From the NCBI GenBank assembly GCA_004431415.1, contig QPMI01000627.1, forward strand, positions 1 to 64,000: DNA of 64,000 nt, written 5' to 3'. The translations under genes and the position numbers were made by a program. The stretch's first letter is position 1; the number at the start of each line of letters is the position of its first letter. Below the pieces are notes generated by a model. The model was not told the DNA's origin, made no database searches, and saw only the letters and a list, made by a program, of their open reading frames with translations. Below, one piece after another: positions 49,494 through 61,100 of this stretch. The stretch comes from Cyanophora paradoxa CCMP329 (Eukaryota > Plantae > Glaucophyta).

Positions 49494-50111
49494 CGATAGC
49501 CTGCCCCTGAGCCCGCAGGTCCTGTGGCCCGCGCGGCGGCCCCGCCCCTTTTTCCTTTTCTCGCTAGTCTAGCAGACTTCTAGTATTGCCAGATCCCGGC
49601 CCCTAGTGTGCCACAGTACATTCATGCTTTTTGCAATTGTTTGAGCCTGAATTCAAATCCACAGGGCCAGATGGTCATCGAATCGATTGATCATCGGGTA
49701 TTTACAAGCGAAGTTACAAATCCTAACTTGGCAACGCGCGCATTTGAGAAGGGATCATTGGAATGAATCTAGCCTACAGGCACTGGTCTAGATCTAGCCT
49801 TCTGCAGCAAAATAGAACCCTATAGCTATAGCTAGTAGCTAGCGCTCGGAAACCTTGAAAAATACACTGTGATCATGACAGCTGGGCTAAAGCTAAGCTA
49901 GCAGAGCACTCTGAAATAGAAATTTTTGAACGCAACACACTGCAGCAGATGCTTAAAAACACAGGGGCTGAAACAGGGGGAATACGAAAGAAGCATGTAC
50001 ATTAGCATACAAAGCCGCCGGCACCGGGCAAAGCGGGCTGGCACTGCGGCAGCAGTCTGGATGCGGAAATTACCAAATATGAGCGGCTCAGCGGGTCACG
50101 CTCGCTCGAGC

Positions 50112-50900
50112 TCAGAGCTGCATGAGCACAGACTCGACGAGGACGTCCGACTTGGATTCCTCGAACTCAAGCGCCATGTCCTCGTGCGCGCGCTGCAGCT
50201 GGTGCCGCAGCGACACGTTCGTCTCCCGTAGCGCCGAAAGCTCCCACATGAGTCCGTGATTCATCTGTCAGAAACAACGAAAGTCAGCGCCTCAGGGCCT
50301 CGCACACGTAAACCACATGTGTGACGTCAGCGCGTCGGGTCGAGGAATGAGCACATACCTTAACGGACTCAGTGAGCTGTGCGCCAAGGTGCGCGTTGTG
50401 CTGCAGCGCACGCTCCAGCTGCACCTCCAGCTCCCTGCAGCGCTGCTCTAGCGCTTGCTTCTCCTCTAGGGCCTACGCCAGAGAATAAGACCTGCGCCGG
50501 AACAAACGTGCACGAGAAACCATTGCATACCTGACTCATCTCTTGCTTGAGCCTCTGGCTGCAGGGACGCTTGACAGCGGTTGCAACGCTGGACGCGCGC
50601 GCGGGAGCTGTCAAAGCGTCCCCTGGTCAGCGCTCGGCAGACAGTTGCTCCAAATTGCTTTAAAACGCACATGTAACTTCCTCCTTGGCGTCGACGGGCA
50701 GCTCCTTCCGCAGGCAGCTGACACTTGCGAGGAGATCGAGCGCAGCTGGCGCCGCTGGCGACCGCTCGATTTCAGCTGTCGTTGCAGCTGCTGGCTCGAG
50801 CCCAGCTGGCGCTGCATTTGGCTCCTGCGCCTTCAGGCAAGGAGAGCCGCTGCATGCACGACCAGATCGTGAGAAGGTGGCGCGGGACGACTTCATCAGA
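50112..50900 (-). CDS. Possible small coiled-coil protein; start uncertain
   Basis: Final exon MNHGLMWELSALRETNVSLRHQLQRAHEDMALEFEE...LMQL* preceded by heptad-like exons; composition atypical for the window. Confidence 0.35.
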
Positions 50901-51417
50901 ACTTCCGCAATTCTTCGACCGCCGCGGCGCGCAAGACAGCAGCTGCAGGCGCAAATCGAGGGATCGATATCGCTGCTAGCTATAGGTAAAGCGCTGCTGC
51001 GCTGTCGTTCTTGCGCAATTGCGCACCAGTCTTTAGAGAGGTCCGCAACCCTCCCCCTTCCCCGCTTTCACCCCCCCCCGCCACCGGTACCCCACCCCCC
51101 CGAGGATGCACCTGCAGGCGCCGGCCGGCCGGCCCGGCGGCGCCTAGGCAGGCACACGTACGCACACAAATCAAAGCAGCCACGCGCGCGCAGAAGCTGT
51201 TTGAGACGAACTTGGAATTCGAAGCGCGTGTTTGTAATCGTACATGTACCCCCGAAAAAGAGCCCCAGCTAAGACCCGAGGTACTAGCACTGGCCGGTCG
51301 CACTCCGATCCACGGCGAGCCCTGCACCTTTCAGCAATCTTCTCTAGGTCTCCAGGCTCGCCTGCGCGCGTTTGAGAACACACAGACAACAGCAGTTAGC
51401 CAGCGCCTGCGCTTCGG

Positions 51418-53300
51418 ATGGCGGACTACCTCAAGGACCTTACCGACGACGGCGCCTGGAAGTTCGACGGAAATGCGGCGCACGTAGGCGAGGCAGTCAA
51501 GGCTGGCCTTGTGCGCCACCACGGTCCAGCCGCCGGGCGCCGACCTCGCGGGGGCCGGCTTCTAGTCGCCTCGTTGCTGATGCGCCTCGCTCACAGGTCA
51601 TCGAATTGACAAAGAAGGAGGATGTCAATGTGCGCACGCCGAGCCCCGCTCCTCGCGAGCTGGGCTGTCCTCCCGCGAGGTCCTTCGCGGATCTGACCCC
51701 TCCGTGCCTGGACGCCGCGCAGGAAGTCTACAAGATCGTCGACGAGGCCGCAGGCGTCGATGAGATCCCCTCGAACGGCGCTATCATCATGGTGCGCGGC
51801 CCTCTTTCCTCTGGCGCCTGCTGGGTCTCAGGCGGCTGCAGGCGTACGCCTCGTGGTGCGGGCACTGCAAGACCGCGAAGCCGGAGATGATCAAGGCGGC
51901 AGCACAGGTACGCGCAGCTCCACGCCGTCCTCGTTGCCCGAGCGCTGACCCGCCCTCCTTCCTCCTTCCTCCTTCTCCTCCGACCCCTGCAGCTGGTTCG
52001 CTCCCCGGCGACGCCGCCCGCGCTCTCTCCATTGCTAACGTACCTCTTTCGCACAACAGAAGAACTTCCCGTTCTTCCGGTTCGGCCGCATGCGCCCCGC
52101 CTCGCTCGCGGCGGGGCTCTGGGGTCCGACCGGCGCCCTCCCGCAGGGTGGACGCCTCGGAGCTGCAAGTAGACTCGGTGGCGGGCTTCCCGATCGACGC
52201 GTACCCCACGACGCTCGTTATCAAGGACAGCAACCTGGAGAAGGAGGACATGCAGTTCAAGAGCGCCGAGTACAGCGAGACGCGCACCGCCGACGGCTTC
52301 GCAGCCTACGTCAACGTGCGCCGGGCCTTTGCATCCCTTCGTTGTCTTGCTCTTGGGCTGACGGCGGGGCCGGCGGCGACGCAGCACGTGTTTATGGGCG
52401 GCAAGGAGAAGGAGGAGGCGGCGAAGCAGGAGGAGGAGAAGCCGGCGGAGTCCTCGGAGCCGCACCTCGTGAAGGCGGATGTGATCCAGGCGGTGAACGA
52501 GGGCAAGGTGATCGAGCTGACCACGAGGACAGAGTTCGACGTGCGCGCCGCCCTCCCCCGCCGGCCGCCCCCGCCCGGCCGCTCCCTTCTGAGCGGCCCC
52601 GGCAGGACTTCATGGGCTTCCGGGACCAGCTGCCGGGCCAAGGCGGCGTGATCATGGGCGTCAAGCCCGGCAGCGCCGTCTGCGGGACCGTCAAGCCGCA
52701 CTTTGACAAGGCGGCCGAGGCGCTCGCCGGCAAGGCGGCCTTCGTCCGCGTGAGCCTGCCCGAGGTCTTCGGTAACGGCACGGCGATCACGGACGACGCC
52801 GGCAAGACGCTCGCCGACGTGCCGGTCGAGGGCTACCCGACCACCGTCATCTTCAAGCACGGCGCGGCCGCCGACGGCTCGGCCTTCGACGAGCAGAAGT
52901 GCACGGCCGGCAAGGCCCTCGGCTTCGCGACCGCCGTCAACGTGCGGCCCGCTGAACCCCTTTGTTCCCCGCTTTGCGCTGACGCAGCGCAGGACTTCCT
53001 CGCGCTCGGCCTCGACGGCGCGGCGCTGGATGCTCAGCTGAAGGACTTCGCGCCCCCCGCCGCGGATGCCGCGGCGACCCCCGCCGCGCAGCTCGACCAG
53101 GACGCGCACGGTGCGCCCGGCGCCTCTCTTCCCCCGGCCCCGGCCCTCGGCGCTCACGGCCGGCCGGCGCAGAGGCAGCTGCGGGGGAGGGCGAGGCGGC
53201 GTGCGGGTACGACGAGTCCGAGTACGTTGACATCGCCGGCCTCGGCCTGGACGCGGTCGGGAGCCCCGACGACGCCGGCTTCTACATCGACGACTTGTAA
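51418..53300 (+). CDS. Two-domain thioredoxin/PDI-like protein (WCGHC + degenerate SAVC), no signal peptide, acidic tail
   Basis: AYASWCGHCKTAKPE, AYPT cis-Pro loop, RTADGF; second domain VIELT..KPGSAVCGTVKPHFDKAA..GYPTT; ends ACGYDESEYVD...FYIDDL*. Confidence 0.85.
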
Positions 53301-53593
53301 CTCTACAGCTAGATTAATTCGTCGTTCCTCGCTGTCCCGACCTGCACGTAGAGCCTAGACCTAGGTAGCCAGAGCGTAGTATCGCTAGGTAGTTCGAATA
53401 CGCCTGAAACCGGAGTGAAAAAAACCGAATATCCTTTCAAATTCCCGTGCGCGCAAACAAGCCATATGGCCCACGTGCGCAGGGCAAGTTGAGGAGCAAC
53501 GGTTGGTGCGATTGCAAAACACAACCGCAAGGGAAAGGCACGCAGGGGAGAGGGTTGGGGACCGGGTGGGGAGGAGAGGGAGATGAGAGGCGC

Positions 53594-54736
53594 CTAGAGC
53601 TCGAGCTGCTCATCGGCGGCGAGCTCGAAGGCCGAGTCGTCGACGAAGTCCGTCTCGCAGGCGTCGCCCGCGACGGCAACGGCGTCCATGTCGATCTCTG
53701 GAGGCGGGCTCAGCCAGAGGACTGGGGGCGGGAGTGGAGCAAGGGGGGCGGCGCACCCTGGGTCTCGTCGTCGATCTGCTTGAGGCCGAAGACGCGCTGC
53801 AAGGAGGAGGATCAGAGGCGGAAGAGGCAGGCAGAGAGACGAAGGAAGGAAGGCGTGCCTCGATGGTCTGGCGCATGGCGTCGGCGGTGCGGGCGCCCTT
53901 GTACTTGTCCGAGCCGAACTTCATGTCCTCAACGCCGCTCTTGTCCTTCGCGATGATAACTGCCCCGCCGCCGCGTCAGCGTCGGCTCGGGCGGCTCAGG
54001 CGGGGCGGGCGCGTGAATCTGCGGGGGCGGCACCGGTGGGGTAGCCCGTGATCTGGTAGCCGGCGATCTGGTTCAGGCCGTTCGCGTCCGCGTCGATCTT
54101 GGCGACGGGGAACTTGCCAGCCTGCGCGGCGGCGACAACAGGCCGTCAGAAAGGGAGCGAGAGAAACGCGCCCCCGCGGGGAACGCACCAGCTACGTTCG
54201 TTCGACGGAACAGGAGGAAAACAAGGAAGATTCAGCACAGACAATGACCAAAGAGAGACGGGCGAGGCATCGGCCGGACCTGGGCAGCGAGCTCATCGTA
54301 GTCGTCGTGCATGGCCTTGCAGTGGCCGCACCACGACGCGTAGCCCTGCCCCGATAGCGCGCCCGATCAGCTGAGCGTGCAAGATGATAGCAGAGCTGCA
54401 AGGCGAACCATGATGATGGCGCCGTTGCTGGGAATCTGGTCCGAGGACTCATCGAGCTAGAGACCGGGCCGTTAGTGGAGGCCCGCAAGCCTTGCAGACG
54501 GGCGCCGCGCATACCGCATCGAAGAACGACTGCGAGGAGTGGAAGCAATCAGCAGCCGCGCTCAGATGGGGCAGTCAGGCGCTGCCGGGCGGCGGCCGCG
54601 AACCTTGAGGTCGTCGTTGCTCTTGAGCTCGATGACCTTGCCGGCGTTGACGGCGCCAACGATCGCGTCCTTGAATGACGGGTGTGAGCGGGCCCCGGAG
54701 CAGCGGGCGGCAGCGCGGTACCTTGGAGATAGGCAT
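53594..54736 (-). CDS. Single-domain thioredoxin/PDI-like protein (WCGHC), no signal peptide
   Basis: MPISK|DAIVGAVNAGKVIEL.., GYASWCGHCKAM, AKIDAD, ITGYPT, YKGARTADAM; ends ACETDFVDDSAFELAADEQLEL*. Confidence 0.87.
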
Positions 54737-55457
54737 ACTGGCGTTGGTGTGCGGTACGAACGCGAACTGCGTGGAGAGAGATGTGAGGCAACGCAGGATC
54801 GAACGGTAGTGCTTCAAAAGTACTCCGGCGGCGGCGGGACCCGACCGGGATCCGTGCACTTTAAACCTAACGACCGCCCTTGCTAGCAACCGACGCTGGT
54901 GCGGCGTGGAGAAAGCGGGCGTTTCCGACGGTACGCTTCTTTCTAAAGAAATGAGAAGCCCGCGCTAACGGAAGGAGTTGTGGGGCGCCACAGAAGCGCC
55001 GGCCGTTACTCTGGCTTGAGCGATACGGCGTAGGAGAACCCGGGAAGGCGATATATACCCAGACTGGCGTTGACAGGAAGGGGATTTGGCGCAGGAGGGC
55101 GCACCTGGCTGGCTTGGGGGGGATACAGGGTCCAGAGCAGTTCGCGCCCCAAGTTCTACGTGCGTGCGCCGCCGATAGGCATAGGGGAGGGGATAGTGGA
55201 CACGATTTGCGCTCGCAGGCGCGCCTCGAGCGCTGGCCAGGCATGCGCGGCAGCGTCGCCGTTAGCCGCCTCGGATAAGCCAACCGCTGTCCCGCGCTCC
55301 CGCTATTGCGTGCTAAGCGCTGGCACATGCACCCACGGAATCTTTCTCGAAGATTCCAGCCGTGGCGACGTGGTGGCCGCGCCGCGCGGGGTCGTTAGAT
55401 TGTACCGGAACACCGCCCTCAAACACCACACCCGCAGGTTCTTCAACGCACAGCACA

Positions 55458-57694
55458 ATGCTCACCAAGGAGGTGCGCCGCGCGTGTGTCGGTTTCGTTC
55501 GTCGTGGCGGTACTCAGCGCTCCCAGGATGTTGCCGCCGCGGCGAATGAGGGCCGGGTCATCGAGCTGAAGAGCAAGCAGGACCTCGACGAGCTCTTCGA
55601 CATCGTCGACGAGCCGGCGGGCGTCGACGAGATCCCCTCGTCCGGCACGATGGTCATGGTAGGCCGCGCCCCCTCTGCAACGGCGTCGGCGGCTCTCACG
55701 CAGGCGCCCGGCCGCAGGCGTACGCCTCGTGGTGCGGACACTGCAAGCACCTCAAGCCCGAGTTCGACGATGCCGCCAAGGAGGTCGCTGATCCCGCCAG
55801 ATTCGCTGCGCGCCCCGCCGCCGTCTGACCCCCCCGCCTGTGCCCCTCTCCCTTGCGCCGCCCTCCTACAGCTGGTAAGAGCCCCCCTCGCCCATTCCCT
55901 TGACCTCGGCTCAGCCGTCCGCCCCTGCAGAAGGGGAAATTCCCGCTGGCTCGGCGCGCCCTGCACCCCTCCCACCGTCGCTTCCCGCCCCCGCTGACCG
56001 CCCCGCAGCATCGACGCCGACGCCGTCAACGTCGGCCAGGTCGCCGGCTACCAGATCACCGGCTACCCCACCGGTTCCTTCCCCCGCCCCCTCTAGCCGC
56101 CCGCCCGCCCTCCGCCTCACGCCCGGCTGCCGCGCCGCACGGCAGTCGTCATCGCCAAGGATGCTGACCTTCAGTCCGACAACATGAAGTTCGGTGCGTG
56201 CGCGCGCGCCGTTAAGATCAGCTTTCGCGCCCGTTGCTCGGTCCCGGCCGGCCGACCGCCTTCATTCCTACGGAGCCGCCGATAAACGCGCCCCCGGCTT
56301 GTCCTACGCCCGCCCGCCCGCCACGAGCCGCCCTCCGAGCGCCGGCCGCGCAGGGAGCAAGAAGTACGCCGACGAGCGCACCGCGGACGCCATCGTCGAC
56401 ACCATCGAGGTCGGCCCGGCCCGGCCCGTCCGGCGCTGCCCGGCGCTGCCCGCCCCTGACCCGAGCAGACGTACTTCTCGGCCGACGCGGAGGAGGACAT
56501 CGGCGGGGGCGACCTCACCAAGGAGCAGGCGCGCCCGACCCCGCCCCGCCCCGCCCCGCCCCGCCCCGCCCCGCGAGCGAGCCGGGCGCGCGGCAGGTTC
56601 TGAAGGCGGTGAACGCCGGCAAGGTCCTCGAGCTCCAGAGCAAGGACGACGTCGAGGTGCGCAGCTGTCCTAGAGGCCCCAGGTGAACCCGCGCGGGTCG
56701 CTCCTGGCCTGAGGTCGGCGGCGCGGCGCAGGCGCTGCTCGACATCATCGACGAGGCCCCCGGCTCGGACGAGATCCCGAGCGACGGCGCCATGTGCGCC
56801 CCGCCCCGCCCCGCCCCCCTCCCAGCCCCTCCCCGCCCGTGACGGCGAACCGTACACGCAGCGTGATGGCGTACGCCTCGTGGTGCGGCCACTGCAAGGC
56901 CATGAAGCCCGGTGCGCGCCCCCCGCCCCCGCCCCCGCCCCTCCCGGCGGCCCCGCCGACCCGACTCGCCCGCGCGACTCACTCGCCCGCGCGACTCACT
57001 CGCCCGGCCCGGCAGCCTTCAACGAGGTGGCGTCGGACCTGAAGGGCAAGTTCGTCGTGGCGCGCGTCGACGCCTCGGCCCACGGTGTCCGCTCCGTCGG
57101 CGACGTCGACATCGCCGGCTACCCCACCGGTCCGTCTGCCCGACCTCGTCTTCAAGCTTCTCGGCCGGCCGCTCGCCCTGCCCTCTCACCTCCGCCCTCC
57201 CCTCCCCGGCAGTCGTCCTCGCCAAGGACTCCGACGCGGGCCGCGAGGGCGGCGTCAGTGCGCGCCCGCGCCGCCCCGCCCCGCGCCCGCGCCCGCGGCC
57301 CCTCCCGCGCACCCCTCCCCTCACGCCTCCGCAGAGGTCGAGGAGTACAACGGCGGGCGCTCCGCGTCGTCAATGGAGGACGCCATCTCGGTGCGTGCGG
57401 GCCCCTGCTTCCTTCCTCTCTCCCTTCCTTTCCTCCGCCGAGCCGCGGCCGGCCGACCGCAGAGCACCTTCGACGTCAGCCAGCTCGACGAGGCCGTCCA
57501 GGGCGCGCCCCGCCCCGCCGCCGCCGCCCCCGCCCCGCCACGCACGCGCCCCCTAACGCGCTCGCGCGCGCGCAGCCATCGGCGACGACTTCGACGCCGA
57601 CGCCGTCGCCGGCGCGTCGGGCGACGCCTGCGAGACGGACTTCGTCGACGACTCGGCCTTCGAGCTCGCCGCCGAGGAGCAGCTCGAGCTCTAG
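55458..57694 (+). CDS. Two-domain thioredoxin/PDI-like protein (2 x WCGHC), no signal peptide
   Basis: MLTKE|DVAAAANEGRVIEL, AYASWCGHCKHLKPEF, ITGYPT, RTADAIV; AYASWCGHCKAMKPAF, IAGYPT, YNGGRS; ends ACETDFVDDSAFELAAEEQLEL*. Confidence 0.88.
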
Positions 57695-58109
57695 GCGCCT
57701 CTTATTTCCCCTCCCGCCCCGCCCGGTCCCCCACCCTCTCCCATGCGTGCCCCCTCTGCTCCCCATACTCCCTCCCCAGCCTGCGGCAGCGACCCGCCAG
57801 GCTGCCGCTCGCAGTATTTCTCGTTACAGCAGCCGAATCGGATCGGAACCGACAGATGTATGTGCACGTGCACGAGTCTATCCAGTGCCGCGTCGGGGGG
57901 AACTCGTTAGGATAGTGTTCGGGCTCCAGTGCAGCCCCGCGGCCAGGAGTCCTCTGCATGCTCTGCCCTCACGGAGATTTCTGCCTCATGGCATTATAAT
58001 CGACATCGCATAATTTAGTACGGTACGAAGTTTTTTCCTAGGAGATACGTGCGAGGCACCAATAAGACACGAATACGACGCTGGCGGCGCCTGCGCCTGC
58101 GGGTTGCGC

Positions 58110-61100
58110 CTAGCAGGCGAGGACGACCTCCTGGTTGGTCTGGCAGGGGCAGGCCGCCGAGACCTCGTCGTCGGCCGAGGCGGCGGCGAGGAGGTCGTCG
58201 GCGAAGGTCTCGCCCTCGAGGGCGTCCACGTACCCCTCGCCCTCCCCCTCGCCCGCCTGCTGCGCCGCCTCGTCCAGGCGCGTCAGCTGCGTCGTGTTGA
58301 ACTGCAGCTGCTTGAAGGCGTCGAACGAGTTGATCTGGCCGTCGTCGAAGCGCTTCGCCAGGCCCGTCTGCGGGTCGAACGTGTACACGCCGTCCTCGAA
58401 GGGGAAGGGCTGCGGGGGAGGGGAAACCGGCTCAGCCTTGCGCGCGGGGCCGGGCGGGACGGGCGGCACGGGCGCCCACCTGGCCGTACGAGTTGGCGAC
58501 GACGTTCTGGAAGTAGTCGCGGTCGACGGTGAGGGAGGTGCCGTCCTCGAGGGGCACGTCGACCGACTCGAAGATGTTGCCGCGGTTCGCCACGAAGAAC
58601 TGGCCGGCCGTGTTGAGCGCGAGCGGCAGCCCGTCGTGGGTGTAGATCTTGTCGCCGCCCACCAGGTTGTCGAACACGGTCTTGGGCACCTGGACCACCG
58701 CGTGGCCGTCGGGGAACGGCACGCTGACGAACTCGGGCGCCGGGCCGTCGACCGGCGCGTCGGCGAAGGCGCCGCCCTGGAAGACGAGGAGCTTGGCGCC
58801 GAGCGGGAAGGTGGCGCCGTCGGCGAGCTGGCCGTAGACCTCGCCGTCCACCATGACGTAGTCCTCGCCGTAGGGGACGGGCACCTGCGGGACGGCCCGC
58901 TCGAGGCCCTCGCCCTCGCCCTCGAAGTCGGCGCCGCCCTCGGGCAGGAGCGCCTCGCGCTGCATCTTGGTGCCGACGCAGGCGCCCGACGGCGGCGGCG
59001 AGATGTCGGCCTTGGCGTCCGGGTCGAACTCGCTGTAGATGCGCGGCTCCTTCAGCGTGTAGCCGTCCGCGTCCGCGACTGCGTAGTCCGGCGCGGGGGC
59101 ATTGGCCTGCACGTCGAACTCGGAGAGCTCGGGGTGGTGGCGGAGCATCTCCAGGCGCATCATCATCTCGTGGTTGTGCTGCATGTGCTTCTCCTCGAGC
59201 GAGCTCCGGACAGCCTGGATCTCCGACTCGAGCGCCGCCGGGTCGATGCCGAGCCCCGCCGCGCGCTCCTGCATCATCGCGACCAGCTTGGTCACGTCGT
59301 CGGTGTGCTTCTGGAGCTGCGCCGCGCCGCGCGCGTCAGCGGCGGGCGGGCGGGCGGCGACGGGAGCGGGCGGGGCGCACGCTCTGGTTGATCTTATCCA
59401 TGTCCTTGAACGTGTCGTCGATGTTGCCGTTCAGGTCGTCCAGGCGGCGCTGGAGGAGGGTGACGCGGCCCTGGTTGAAGTCCTTGGGCGGCTTCGACTG
59501 CTCCTCCGACAGCTGCTCCTGCACCTTGTTCATCTCCATCTGGATCTGCTGATGCCGCATCTGCATGTCGAAAATGCGGTCCTGGCGCTCGAGCTGCTCC
59601 TCGAGCTCCTTGGCGTAGGCCTCCTTGAGGGTCGCCAGGATCCCCTCCGGGCTCGTGTCCGTCGGGTCTGCCTCCTCCCCCTCCTTGTACGCCGGCCGCG
59701 CCGACTCGTGGATCTGCTCGTTGCCCCGCCCGTCTGCGCCCCCCGTGTCGGCGCCGGGCGTGGCGCGCGAGGCAGAGCGCTGCGGGGCGGAGGCCGGCGC
59801 ACCGGTCGGCGCGGGGGCCCACTTGCCGTCGACGATGGCGCACTTGCCGATGACGAGGGCCTCGGCGGCCTTGTCGACGCACTTGATCTCGTCGCTCGAG
59901 AGGTGGCCCTTGAAGGCCGCCTTTTGGCCCGGCGTGAGGTCGCACTTGTTGTTCGGGGCGATCTTGAGCAGGGGACACTTCTGGAACTTGGTGAAGTACT
60001 TGGCGTCCTGCTCGACGACGCCCGACGGCTTGAAGGTGATCTTGTCGCTCTTCTCGACCTCCTCGATGAACGCGAGCTTCTTCTCGACGATCTTGCCGTC
60101 GCGGTACCACGGGCGGATCTTCTCCACGTCGTACTGCGCCGGGCCGGTCGGGACCTCCGCGTCGCGGTGCTCGATCGTCTTCTCGTCGCACTTCGTCCGA
60201 GACACGTCCTTCTGGCGGATGTACGCTGCGCGGAGCGTTGGAACAGGCTGCGGCCCCGGGCGGGGGAGGCATCACTCACTGTTGATCTGGCCGAGCTCGG
60301 CACCGGGCTGGATGCTGCGCGGCCCGCGTCTCAGCGGGCGCTCGACGGCGGCGCCGCGCGCGGGGGGGTGACGCACTAGTAGCCGGTGATGTCCGCCTGG
60401 TCGGTCTGCTCGTACGTGCCCTTGCCGTACTCGATACCGTCCTGCGTCCACTCCTTGGTGCACTCCTTGGAGATCGGCTGCTTCCACTTGAGGGTGTGCT
60501 TCTCATCGTACTTCAGCTCGAAGTCCTGCGGCGCGGCGGCGTCAGAGGGGCTGGCGGCGGGGGCGACATGCAGCGCAAACGGACCTGCTTGGCGATGGTC
60601 TGGACCTCGCAGGCCGTGATGTCCTCGGTCTTGACGACGTTGAAGTTGACGTCCGCCTTGAACAGCGACTCGATGCCGATGTTCTTGGCAGCCATCGCCT
60701 TCAGGAGGCCCTTCGGGAGCGTGTTCTGGCACTGCGCATCGGATCCGCGTCAGGAATTGCCGCAGGGGGCCGAATCGCCGTCGCCCGCACCAGGCGCGGG
60801 ATGCTGTCGTCGACGTGGAGCTTGTACTGCTTGAAGTCCTTGTGCTCCACCTCCTGCAGCGAGTTGACCTTCAGCTCGACGTTCTCGATCACGAGGTTGT
60901 CGCAGGTCTTCTCCTCAGTGTACTCCTTCGGCCCCTTGTCTGCACATGAAGCGCGCTCAGCGAGGGGCCGCAAGCCTCGGTGAAACAGAGCGCCGCCGCA
61001 CCCTTCATCCCGCAGGTCGCGGTGCCGCATTTGCCGACCATGGGGCCCGTCGGCTTGAAGTCCTGGGTGTCCCACTGCGCCCCGCCGCCCCCGGCCCCGT

